From contig NC_042997.1 of NCBI RefSeq assembly GCF_006345805.1, positions 58,838,001 to 58,902,000 of the forward strand: 64,000 nucleotides of DNA. The letters run 5' to 3'. Source of the stretch: Octopus sinensis. Lineage: Eukaryota. Positions within the stretch are counted from its first letter, which is position 1. Every line of letters starts with the position of its first letter. The translations under genes were made by a program, and so were the position numbers. Positions 13,870-26,203 of this stretch are shown piece by piece. Under the pieces are notes generated by a model. The model was not told the DNA's origin. It saw only the letters and a list, made by a program, of their open reading frames with translations, and searched no databases.

Positions 13870-14560
13870 TAGATCAAGAAATATTATTTAGTATAATGCA
13901 CCATTCACATATTCAATAGCTACCGATATTCCTCGAAAATTCTTTGCTGCACTAGATAGGTATTTCCCACATTCAAGTAAATATTGGAAATTATTTAATT
14001 GCCATAGTATAAAGTTTTCGTATTCAAAAACTAGAAATTTAGCTGAGATTACAGCAGCACTCATGGAACAGAGAATTACGGAATATGTCAATTTTGAATC
14101 TATAAATCAGAGTAAAATAGATAATGTATATTGTAAATATCTAATGATAATTGTCTTGAGTTTCGATTTTTTAAGTAATTACAACTCTGAAAATACAGTT
14201 ATATTATCGCCTAGCTTTAATATTAATTGTTGTAATAATCCCGCCATAACACCTAATTCTGAGAGGAGGACTAGTAGAAAATTCTTTTAACTATGAGTAC
14301 CAAATACAAGTGAATAAATGCCTGTATAATTCTAAAAACAAACTGTATGCCGTTTAGAAAATCAGTCCTTAAGGGAAAATATAATCTGTCGATGTAAGAT
14401 AATAACAGGAGCTCGTAAGTATTATTACATTGGTTCATCTGCTGCAATTTCGAAATCTAGATTTCATAATCAGTGTCATTCATTTAAGTATAGAAGAAAA
14501 TGTAATTCTACAAATCTTAGTAAATGGTATTGGTCTTGAAAAAGCATTTCTATAGAGGTA
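13870..14560 (+). mobile_element. Penelope-like element remnant (linker and GIY-YIG)
   Basis: RSRNII*YNAPF...RKFFAALDRYFP, IKFSYS and YYIGSSAAISKSRFHNQCHSFK...STNLSK. Confidence 0.72.
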
Positions 14561-14996
14561 TGGGACTAAAAAACTCAGAAGTATTAGTAGCAGACAATAT
14601 TACTGAGCTTTTTGCATTATATGCTTCCCTTTTTATGATGAGTACCGCAGTATTGAGGCTTTCTATAGTATATCCACGTTAAGTAAGATATGCAGATTGC
14701 TATTATGTACTATACTGCTTCCGTCGCTAATACTGACTGTGTGTGGTGTGGGTGTGTTTGTGTATGCACGTGTGTGCATGTATATGTGTGTGAGTTTGGG
14801 TCTGTGACTGTTTCCCCACCATCATTTGAAAACTGATGTTGGTCTGTGTACGTTTCCATAAATCAGCGGTTCGGCAAATAAGCACAAGACTTTAAAAATA
14901 AGTACTACGGTCATTCAATTTTACTAACACTTACCTATTTTCCATTACATTTCAGACAGACTCAGAGCTGAGTTGCTGAAGCAACTATATCATTAT

Positions 14997-15155
14997 AGCA
15001 AATATTCTGCTCAGTACCACAGTCTGCTTGTCATTTTCTTGACCTTAACCACTTCAACATGTCTCTTAGCGGCTGACAATATGTGCATCTCTGATCATGA
15101 GCAGGAGTAGCAGGGAGCATCAGAGCCATGTGTTGAGAGGAATTGGGGTTTGAAT
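14997..15155 (-). repeat. Fragment of unclassified dispersed repeat (family D)
   Basis: Reverse complement of cctctcaacacatggct...gagcagaatatttgct found at about 59978-60122 and 61315-61460. Confidence 0.8.
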
Positions 15156-15752
15156 AAATGTAACAAAATCAAAGATTGAAGGACATAACAGTTGCTGCCC
15201 AAGGACAATAATTACCCACAGTGTAATTCACAATCTATCACTCTGCATCACTATTTTCTATCCTTTTCCCAATGTATTTTTTATCATTCTCACATCTACC
15301 GCCATTACTATAACAGAAACACTTTTATTCGTTATTGCGATATGTATATGCGCATTAACTAATAGTTCTATTATATTTCGTTTGATTTAACTTTTCATAT
15401 AAAGTAAGAAATATATTTCGCTTTGTGTTTTGGTGGGTTTTCTTTTTCATATTTTTGATGCGTACTCATAAAGGATTCTGAAAGGCGCTGAATAGATACG
15501 GTTTGACAGCTGAATATGTTTGGTTTAATTGGGATTTAAAAACATTTAACCACACATCATTTCTGGTACGCTGAAAGAAGAAATAAAGAAATGGATGTCT
15601 CGTATGAGTATATTGGATAGACTACATGTTGATTCTATTTCAGAAAGCTGTAAATCCAAAGATGATTGTGCAAAATAATTAGGCAGATAGAAACAGAGAG
15701 AAAAAATAAAACATTTCACAAACTTGCACATACATTATTATGCATATATTTG

Positions 15753-16091
<339 letters not shown>

Positions 16092-16260
16092 AAAAAACAT
16101 ACACAAATAAATTGCTTATTAATATTTAGCAGAAACAACAGTGACACAAGGGCCAAGAGTTTCGTGCGTTGGCACTTATCAAACTAGCATCATCAAACCT
16201 ATCTACATATGTATGTATATAGTGTATCTGTGTGTGTGTGTGTGTGCGTGTGTGTGTGTG

Positions 16261-16291
<31 letters not shown>

Positions 16292-16629
16292 CTGAATAAA
16301 CGTGTGTGTATATACATATACATGTATATATGTATGTATGTTCCTTTAGGAATAATGTTATTTTCCTTTGCAGAATTCAAGCCAGTCATTAAAAAGAAGG
16401 CACGCCTCTTTTGTTTAATTGGAAAGAAGGGCGTCCAGTCAAATTATTTTAATTCAATCATATAGAATGTAATTATGCGTTTGTGAGCCATCTGGATTGA
16501 AGACTAAATATATCATCTCTGCAACTACTGCAGAGATCTGTGTTACATAATCATGCGCATACATTTTGACTTATACACACATGCGTGCATATATGTCTGC
16601 AATTATGCATACACACACACACACACACA

Positions 16630-17067
16630 CATATTAGTATTAATTTCCAGGAACGCTGCCGTAATCTCTTTTAGAGAGACTTAGTAATTTTAATATTTCT
16701 ATTATTGAAAACAAGTGGATGTATTCCACCGAAACTAGGTAAATAAAACCTTCGAACAGAGATAGTCAGAAGCGCACCTACTGGGTCTGACTACGCTGCA
16801 TTGACAAAGGGCAAATATCCTGAAACGCGTCTGTAGCTGTCGGTCAAGTAGTGTGGAGCGACTGACCTCCCTTGTTCGAAGGTTATATGGATACAGTTTG
16901 TGTATCGAATAGCTAACTTAAGGCGATGGCCTTATGGAGCTAATAAGCGGACAGCTTTTTTCTTATTTTTATAAGAATGCCATATTAGTATGGCGATAAC
17001 TATTAATTTCCAGGAACGCTGCCGTAATCTCTTTTAGAGAGACTTAGTAATTTTAATATTTCTATTA
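16630..17067 (+). mobile_element. Small Penelope-associated or retrozyme-like unit with terminal direct repeats
   Basis: Identical 67-bp direct repeats at 16638-16704 and 17001-17067 (period 363 bp), internal inverted repeat and hammerhead-like motif. Confidence 0.6.
16795..16837 (+). ncRNA. Degenerate type-I hammerhead ribozyme motif
   Basis: gctgca-TTGACAA-aggg(caaata)tcct-GAAA-cgcg-TC-tgtagc: stems I, II and III pair; the core has two changes from CUGANGA. Confidence 0.55.
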
Positions 17068-17078
17068 TATATTATATA

Positions 17079-17353
<275 letters not shown>

Positions 17354-17371
17354 TATATATATATATATACT

Positions 17372-17800
17372 TGATGGCTGCCCCCTCGTTATTGAGTATG
17401 GCCATTGCACGAAGCTTAACTGTTATTGGTGCTGTGATCGAATGTGACTTTTATTTGCTTTTTAAGACTACAGCCAACCATTCAGTTGAGACTCACATCA
17501 CCATCAACAATCATGAACAATGTTGTTATCGTGCAATGCCTGTGCAAGAAGATTTTTTTTAAGTGAGGAAAGGCTGTGCACTGAGTCAATCCCACTCACT
17601 AAGCAACAGCAGCCATAATCTGAAAAGAAGAACAATTCAACATCATCGGTAACCACTAAGCCGCAGGTTTTATGTTGGAGTTATCCCAGTTACCTGAGTT
17701 ACCTTCTCCTAGAAGGATGTCCTAACAAAGGCTAGGAGTCCTTCACTCCCAATGGTTTAACCGCGCGATCGGGTATTCAGTTCGATTATTTCTATGTCCC
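17372..17800 (-). mobile_element. Non-autonomous RTE derivative (5'UTR-like part joined to RTE-like 3' tail)
   Basis: Minus strand has agcctttgttaggacatccttctaggagaaggtaaactc (RTE 5'UTR-like) and ends ccatactcaataacgagggggcagccatca (RTE tail-like); recognised from memory of RTE consensus sequences. Confidence 0.45.
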
Positions 17801-17929
17801 TGCGCATGATACAGCCTTAAGCCTTAAGGGGAAAAAAATACACATTTATCGGATGACCGTTGACTCTCAACATACATTTGTTTATACATACATTTGTTTA
17901 TACCTTTCAGACTGCTTCTCATTCATATT

Positions 17930-18465
17930 AAAATTTACTGTGTGATATGAAACGATGGGATATACCAGCATATGGTTCTCGCATCATGTTGCATATAGTC
18001 ATAGACAGTGATTTAGCTTGCGTCTGGCCTCATTTCGAGTACGTGGTATTGACAAGTCATAAAAATGACGAAACGTTAATGTCTACAGCTCCTGCAACGG
18101 GACCTGACACGAGTTAGCTCGCTTGGCTATGAATTCCCGGTGTTTTAACATCAGGTGAACTGACGAGAAGATATTCTCTTGCGCCTATAAATCGCAGCCT
18201 GCCCACGAACTTGGCGAAACACTCCAACTACTCTACACCTTTCAATGCCATGTATGACATAAGGTTTACAAATCTAACGGAGGCCTCAAAAGAAATTTTA
18301 AGATCCACAAAGTTCAGAACTTAACTACAGCTCTTTGTTGTCCAAATCAGATATGCAATCTATGTGGGTGTCTTTTCAATACATTGTCTGGTCTAAAAAG
18401 CCACATCAGATGCCATGATGGATCTTAGGTGATCAAACTCTGCGTAAGGAGAAGACAACCACCAT
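17930..18465 (+). mobile_element. RTE-type LINE 3' end with two decayed C2H2 zinc fingers
   Basis: FQCHV*HKVYKSNGGLKRNFKIHK and ICNLCGCLFNTLSGLKSHIRCHDGS*, then a short UTR. Confidence 0.55.
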
Positions 18466-18470
18466 ATATA

Positions 18471-18775
18471 TTGAGTTGGCAAGAAAGTAATTTTGCTTTT
18501 CGCAAATAGACAGATTTACAATTTTCTGAATGACTTTTGTCAATGTTATATTTTTTTTTCCTTTTCACATTTGATAACCGTTACTTTTAGTTTACTTATT
18601 TCAGTTTCGATTTTAACAGAAATGAACATTTTCGCCATATTTTCCTTTTTTTATTTCCGTAAAGGCAAGAAAGCTACTGAAGCTCACAAAGAGATATGTG
18701 AAGTTCACAAAAGCATTAGCTTAACAGAATGCACATGTGAAAAATGGTTTTAAAATACCGTTCTGGGGATTTATA
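18471..18775 (+). mobile_element. Mariner 5' fragment (TIR and N-terminal HTH)
   Basis: TA|ttgagttggcaagaaagtaatt end; EHFRHI followed after a frameshift by FFYFRKGKKATEAHKEICEV...TCEKWF. Confidence 0.78.
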
Positions 18776-19024
18776 ACTTAAGAGTTTGGGATATATATAT
18801 GTATGTATGTATGTATGTTTGTTTGTATGTATGTATGTATGTATGTATGTATGTATGTATGTATGTATATGTGTATGTATGTAAGTATTATGTATGATGT
18901 ACATATATATATGCATAAATATAAATACACACGTGTGTATATATATACATATACAGGCACCCACATATCTAGATATATATAGGTGTGTGTATATGTATAT
19001 ATATACATATATAAAATAAATAAA

Positions 19025-19257
19025 TGCGCCCTTTTTAGAGCCTAGCTAGGCACATGGGCCCGGTTTCCCGATTTCTATGGCGTATGTGTTCCCCAGCTGG
19101 ACGGTACGCCAGTCCATCGCAGCGTTCCTCATTTTTGCCAGCTGAGTGGACTGGAGCAACGTGAAATGAAGTGTTTTGCTCAAGAACACAACGCGTCGCC
19201 CGCTTCAGGAAACGATCATGATTCTAACACTCTAACCACTAAGCCGCGCGCCTCCAC
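19025..19257 (-). mobile_element. tRNA-SINE, family C-related
   Basis: Reverse complement begins gtggaggcgcgcggcttagtggttagag and contains ctgcgatggactggcgtaccgtccagctgggg. Confidence 0.85.
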
Positions 19258-19699
19258 ATATATACACATATTCACATGTATATATATAGACGTACACATG
19301 CTCGCGCATATATACAAAAGATATGCATACACACACACACACACACATGCACGCACATATATCTATGAAGGGATAGGGGATGCCGAAAAAATTCGGAAAG
19401 TGGTGGTTGAATGATAAGGTTTCAAGATGACCATATGTACAATAGCAAGAAGCCAAGTGTTTATATATATGTGCATTTGTGTACATATATATATATATAA
19501 ACATATGCGCTCACACGCACACACGCACACACACACACAACACACACACACACACACACAACACACACACACCACACACACACACACACACACACCACAC
19601 ACACACACACACACACAAGTTGAAATCACAAATAATGGGAACACTCAGAATTCAAACTGTTGTTACTTTTTGGGCTGGTGTTACGGTCGATTTATTTCA

Positions 19700-20060
19700 G
19701 AGAATATGAGCATTTGTATTAAGATTCTCGATAGATTCTTTTAAGTATTCAGTAAGAAAAGGAAAGGTTGTGTCCATGACTTTTGATGTCTTTCGTTGAT
19801 ACGTGAAGTCGTTGTAGATGAGAGCTAATCTTATCTTCTTTCTGCTTGTAGTGAAGACGTGGACGGGGAATGAATGTCAACTGGCTTCATGCTTGAGTTG
19901 GAAGGACTGAACGAAGAATTTTGGACGAGAACAAAAGGTGAGTAACAGTAGCTTAAATGAATGGAAGAAGTATGAATGCATCTGTTTGGTTTCTGTGAAA
20001 GATTTTATGAAGCGTCCTAATTCAGAGCTGTTGATGTTATCATAGTGTATCGATAAAATT
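19700..20060 (-). mobile_element. Possible decayed Penelope RT fragment
   Basis: Weak KP.D.HSY-like motif across a frameshift. Confidence 0.3.
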
Positions 20061-20292
20061 TCTGTAAGTGCAAGATGGCGGGCTGGCTGAATTGTTAACG
20101 AGTCGAACAAAATGCTTGGCGGTATTTCTTCCGACTTTACGTTCCATATTTTAGCTTTCTATAGCAATTCTAATATTGGTGGTTACGATGACGACGGCGA
20201 TTGGTGAGAAGGAGGCGGGGAGGAGCAGTGAATCAAAATATGTTAATGGTAGCTATATTTTTGTACTTCTTGTAATATTTTGTATGTACGAA

Positions 20293-20502
20293 GGTCGGTG
20301 AGCTGGCAGAATCGTTAGCCACGCCGGGCAAAATGCTTACCAACATTTCCTCTGTATGTTCTGAGTTCAAATTGCGCCGAGGTCCACTTTGCCTTTCATC
20401 CTTTCGGGATCGATAAAATAAGTATCAGTTAAACACTGGAGTCAATGAAATCCACCTGCCCCTCCCCCGAAATTGCTAGCCTTGTGCCAAAATTTGAAAC
20501 CA
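20293..20502 (+). mobile_element. tRNA-SINE family B
   Basis: gagctggcagaatcgttagc...ctgagttcaaatt...gcctttcatcctttcgggatcgataaaataagta. Confidence 0.88.
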
Positions 20503-22154
20503 ATGTTTCTGTACATATGTGACAAAGGAAATGAATTGCTTGGGTTGATTTAGACGGAAAGAAAAGAAATTCCGTTGAGTTTTCAAATAAAAAGAATTTT
20601 TATTTTTATTATTATCAAACCAAGTATTGTCGATAATATCAACGCCAAGAAAAGACGTTTATACCAACTTAGTTCAAAGTTCATATGAGATAAATAACCG
20701 TAGACGCCGTCGTATGATTTTAGCAACTAACTGGTTTAGCTGTGTCGTTGTTGTGGTCATCCATTATCTTGACTGTTATGGACACTGCTCGCGGATGACC
20801 AGTTTAAAGCGTGTGTCACTAATCGCAACTAACAGAGAGACACTTCTATTTATAGCGATTTTTCAAAGAGAAAACGGCGCCAAAAGTGGGAATTGTTTAT
20901 GAAATCCTTGTGCGAGTGGTTATCACTGACGTCATCAATAGTTGAGCGAATCTTGTTCATTTTGTTTACTTGTTTTTGCATCGTATGCACTGATTTCGGA
21001 TCGATTTCTAGACATTGATTTGGTATCTAGGATTGCCACATATTCCTGCTTGAGAACTCATTTTCCGGTGAAATAACTGGTAATAGTCAACTGAACAAAA
21101 TAAGAATGGTGTAGGAAGTGACGATATGAAGTATGTACAAGAATGTGCATTAGGACAGAAATGTTGGTTAAATTACATAAATGGCCAGCCAGTGATGTAA
21201 CTGAAAACAGCTGGAGTATTGCCAGAAGACTTTTCTGTGGACTTTTAGTGCTATCTTATATGGGAAGCACTGCCCAAGTTTGAGGTACAAAAATCTGCAC
21301 AGTCAAGAATGTGAAAAGTTGGTAAGAACCAGAAATGTAGTTGAAAGTTAGGCAGATTATGATTGTAAAAATAGTAGGAAAGATCGAATTGAGAATGCTC
21401 GTATGTATGTGAATCAGGTGAGTGCAACTAAATGTGTGAATGTGTGTGAGAGTGAATGTCTGAATGTGTGAACGTGTGTGAGTGAGTGAGTGAGTCATAC
21501 ATAGTTATATACATTTACACCAGTGCAGTGTCTAGCTATGTGTTGCTAGTTAGCATATTCATATAAATTTGAATATGGTATCTGTAATCTATATTAATTT
21601 ACATTGTATAGTGAACCAATTCATCTATTTGTAAGCTTAGGAATAAAAGCAGTTGAGGTTGGCGGGCATATTCTAACCATAGTAATTTAACGTATACTTC
21701 TAACAATAAATCTGCTTTCTAAGTTCCTGTGTGCGTGCTGTGCATGCGGCGCGTGCTTGTGTGCATGTTAAATTTGTGTGAATACATACATGTCGATATG
21801 TGAATACGTACATGTCAGATACGTGCTTGTGCGGACAGAAAGAAAATGAAATCAATAAGAAAAGGCTAACCTTGTTGAAAATAAAAGAACAAAAGCTTTT
21901 TCTTTTTTAACTACTGCACTGGAAGAAGTAGTTGCTGATTAAATCTATTTCTTGTCGCTGGAGCAAATAGAGGCATTAATGGAGGTGTTGATATTATTGA
22001 ATCTATTTGTGTAGGCGGTGGGTTAATGTTGTTTGAGACTCAATGAGAGCTGATTTAAGGTGGTGATGCTGACTGAGTCTTTTTTGAAGGTCTTTGTCTC
22101 GTTTGGGGATTTCATTGTTACATCAACTTAACCTGTTCCGAAAATCGTAGAAAT

Positions 22155-22277
22155 ATGAGGGAAATTGTACATGTACAAGCTGGACAGTGTAGAAATCAAA
22201 TTGGTGCTAAGTTTTGGGAAGTAATATCAGCTGGCATGGGAACAGGGAAAGCAACACGAGAAAGAGGAACTCATTGA
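22155..22277 (+). pseudogene. TUBB: Beta-tubulin N-terminal processed fragment (40-codon micro-ORF)
   Basis: ATG at 22155 reads [40 protein letters not shown]; the first 25 residues match beta-tubulin except G13R; no intron after K19. Confidence 0.9.
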
Positions 22278-23636
22278 TCGCGATGGCGGATATCGGTGAT
22301 GTTGAGTGTCGTATACCGACATCTTGTATGTATTTTCTGTTTTCGGAATATCTAATATATACACATATTTTCAATGATTTAGGGTCAATGATTTATCAAC
22401 CTTTGATATCATTATTGTTTCTGATTACATCTTGACTTTTTGATTTTAATTTAAATGCTAGTGTCACATTGCCGGAAGCTGGTAATAAGGATAGTAATAA
22501 TGCATTAGCTCACAGTGGGCGTATTACTTTTAATTCTCCAATCAGCTGTTGTTTTTTCGAAACGGAAATGCTACTGACTACGATGGACAGATTAATTAAA
22601 ATATGGTTCCATTTATCTGTTTCTTTCCTTTTGTTTTATAGGTTTTGTTTCTTTTTTTTTAATGTTGAGGATAATGATAAATGATAATATTCTAAAAGAA
22701 AATCTTTAATGATGATGACGAGGATGATGATGATAAAAATAATGACGACGATGATTACGAGGAGGAAAAGGAGGAGGTCACTGAGATGGTGACAGCGATG
22801 ACGACGACAATGACGATGCTGAAGTGTCATCAGTATCGTTACCATTATCGGCAGCAACTGCAGCTGCAGCATTAGCAGCAACGACAACGGCAATAACACT
22901 TTCATAACGTATCGACGATAACATCTATTTCCAGCTTCTTTCAAGACAGCCCTTGTGTCAGTTGCTCTCTTCTAGCCAGTGGAGTTATTAAGAGATTTCT
23001 AGCGTCTTCGACAAACTGTAATTACGTTGCCATAAATGCTATCATACCCCCAGTTGTCATTGGGTACAGTTGTCACTCAAATATTCTATAGTTGTTGTGA
23101 TTGTTGTTGTTGTAGTGGTGGTGGTAGTGGTGATGGTGAGTTGCGGTGACATTAGTGGTGATGGTGGTTGATTTTATAGTCCTCGTTGAGATTTTGATAG
23201 TTACTGTTACCGTGTTTGAGATAACGATTGTGATTTGCTGAAAATAGTAATCAATGTGACAATGCTTGTTATTTTGACATCTGTTGTGATGATTATTCTC
23301 GCGGCATCGTGATGGTGGCTGTAATTGATGAGGTGGTGGTTTATGGCTGTTATTATTGTAGCCGAGATTGTGGGAGTGATGTTTAAATGGTCGGTTGTAA
23401 TAGAGGTGTAGTAAATGAGCAGTGTCCACGATATCAGGTGTTTCGTCAGTAAAATCGTCACCATTGATATTCAGATTGAATTTCAACTAATTTCCTGCAG
23501 AAATAAAAAAAATTAACTAGAAGGAAATTCCAGGTGACTGCAGTTCCAGGGAGCAAAGATTAAAAAAAAGAAAATTTGTGGAGATTTGGATTGTCCAGGG
23601 ATGTGGAAGCATCAATTGGGTATACATACATACATA

Positions 23637-24040
23637 CGTGTGGTAAGAAGCTTGCTTCCCAACCACATTGTTCCGGGTTCAATCCTACTGCGTGGCACCG
23701 TGGGCAAATGTCTTCAACTATAACCTCGGGTCGACCAAAGCCTTGTGAGTAGATTTGGTTGAGGAAACTGAAAAAAGCTCGTCGTATATATATAATATAT
23801 ATATATATATAAACATATGTGTATATTTGTGCGTTTGTGTTTGTGTTTGCTCCTCCATCATCACTTAACAACCGATGTTTATGTGTTCACGTCCCCGTAA
23901 AATAGCGGTTCGGCAAAAGACACTGATAGGATAAGTACTAGGCTTAAAAGAATAATTCATGGTGCCGATTTGTTTGACTAAAACCCCTTAAGGTGGTGCT
24001 CCAGCATAGCCGCAGTCAAATGACTACAGCAAGTGAAAGA
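23637..24040 (+). mobile_element. tRNA-SINE family A
   Basis: Both halves with internal (AT)n. Confidence 0.88.
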
Positions 24041-24061
24041 ATATATATATGTATATATGTA

Positions 24062-24103
<42 letters not shown>

Positions 24104-24151
24104 TACGTACGTACATACATACATACATACATACATACATACATACATACA

Positions 24152-24182
<31 letters not shown>

Positions 24183-24599
24183 GTATGTATGTATGTAGCG
24201 AGACAGTCAGAGAGACAAAGAGATTGATATATGTATGTATGCATTGCTACTCGATGCTAACACACACACATATAATCTTTTTGATGCGACTCTACTCTAT
24301 ACTGTTTTCTCTCCCATCCTTTTCTCTAATTCCCTTTTTCTTCCCTTCACAATTTTCTGTCTTTCTCTCTCTCCCCATCTTTCTCTTTTTCTCTCTCTCT
24401 CGTTGCTCACACGTGACCATCGTCCATCTTTCGTTTCTTCACTTGATTATCTTTCTTTTCTTTCAGAACTGTCCTAAGGACTGGACGTATTCTATTTATT
24501 TCTTCTATCTTTTCTCTTTTCAAAGAAAATATTTCTCCTGCGTTCGCTATTTTACCCTCGTTCTGTTCTGATGACCCTCCTTGTTTGTTTTCGTACGGT

Positions 24600-24873
24600 T
24601 TCCTTGTATCTCTCCACTGTCCTGTTTTTGCCCCCAACTTTGAACTTCCATAAATCGCAAATTTTATTTTGGTACTTACGGAAACAACCGTCTTCAAAGT
24701 CGCATATTGTAGTTCAGTGCTCGAAATGAGGAGTAGATAGACAGCTGACAACTGATGAAGGGTTATTCTTTGTGTTACTTGTCCTGTTTTCCATTTGTTT
24801 CTCTAGTTGTTTGCGTATTGAACTCATTTGTTTCCGTATTTCATATTGTTTACTGTTGGTGACGTCCTGTACC
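24600..24873 (+). repeat. Dispersed repeat homologous to 37030-37250 (possibly Penelope-related)
   Basis: Shares atcgcaaattttattt...tgctcgaaat...gacaactgatgaagggt...tgttttccatttgttt with the second copy. Confidence 0.6.
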
Positions 24874-24880
24874 TATATAT

Positions 24881-24934
24881 ATCGGTTGTCAAGCGATTTT
24901 GGGAGGACAAACACGCACACACACACACACACAC

Positions 24935-25016
<82 letters not shown>

Positions 25017-25165
25017 CGTTTCCGTCTACCAAATCCACTCACAAGGCTTTGGTTGGCCCGAAGCTATAGTAGAAAACACTTGCCCAAGGTGCCACACTGT
25101 GGGACTGAACCCGGAACCATGTAGTTTGTAAGCAAGCTACTTACCACACAGCCACTCCTACGCCT
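24881..25165 (-). mobile_element. tRNA-SINE family A, 3'-truncated
   Basis: Reverse complement head ggcgtaggagtggctgtgtggtaagtagcttgc. Confidence 0.88.
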
Positions 25166-25190
25166 ATATGAATACTAAACAAATACAAGG

Positions 25191-25297
<107 letters not shown>

Positions 25298-25450
25298 ACA
25301 AGACGATTTCCTGCTGATATGCAAGTTTCCTTTATTTACAGTGCGTAATTAGTCCTTGTAAATAAGACGAGCAAGTTTTAGATTTGGTAACTGTGAAGCA
25401 AACAACCATATAGAAACTAATCACATTGCTTTTTTTTTTTTGCCTTTTTT

Positions 25451-26203
25451 GTTTGTTAATAACAAAATCAAAAAAGGAAAATACAGTAGCTATGATATTG
25501 TAGGTCTTTCCAGAATAGCGATACTCATATGATTGATTTTTCAGATTGAACATATAACTCGATGTTCCCCAGTAAGAAAAATACTTGAGCAGGGAGGGAA
25601 GTCTAGTGGGGTGCATTTCTAGGGAGAAGAATTATATTAAAAACAAGGATTTTCAACATGGAGCATACGTTCCATCGGTGGGGTCTGGGAAAATTGTAAT
25701 AAGACGTGGTACCGTAGTCGACAGACACAAGGTTTGCATTAAAATGATTCATTTTCTTTTTCTTAGTAAATAATGTACATTTTTTATGTATTCTGTCTGT
25801 ACTTAATAAAAGAGTTACTGGTTGATTCTTTTTGTATTAAATAATTATAAAATATCATAAATAAAGTTGTTTTTTTTTCCAACCACCGGTGGGGCATGCA
25901 TTTTTCTGGAAAGTTATTGTAGCGCCTGGGAGAAAATAAGTTGAGGACACTGATCTAAAACGTTTATTGCGGCATTTCAGAGATGCTAGGTGATTCAGTG
26001 AATCTTTTTGTGAGTGAGTGAGTGAGTAAGTGAGTGAGTGAATGAGTGAGTGAGTGAATGAGTGAGTGAGTGAGTGAGTGAGTGAGTGAGTGAGTGAGTG
26101 AGTGAGTGAGTGAGTGAGTGAGTGAGTGAGTGAGTGAGTGAGTGAGTGAGTGAGTGAATGAGTGAGTGAGTGAGTGAGTGAATGAGTGAGTGAGTGAGTG
26201 AGT
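25451..26203 (+). repeat. Locally duplicated segment, copy 1 (hAT-like end, flank, (GAGT)n)
   Basis: Near-identical to 28915-29760; includes gttgaggacactg|atctaaaa, resembling a hAT/Charlie terminus and target site. Confidence 0.9.

Noticed and set aside
18240-18430. C2H2 zinc fingers as a host zinc-finger gene
   Set aside because: Only two fingers, a stop codon, no TGEKP linkers, and followed by an RTE-like short tail.
23073-23486. 137-aa His/Asn/Thr-rich ORF
   Set aside because: Decayed trinucleotide repeat region; no recognisable domain.
24715-24770. GAAA...CTGATGA here and at about 37153-37190 as a permuted hammerhead
   Set aside because: Stems I-III could not be paired convincingly.
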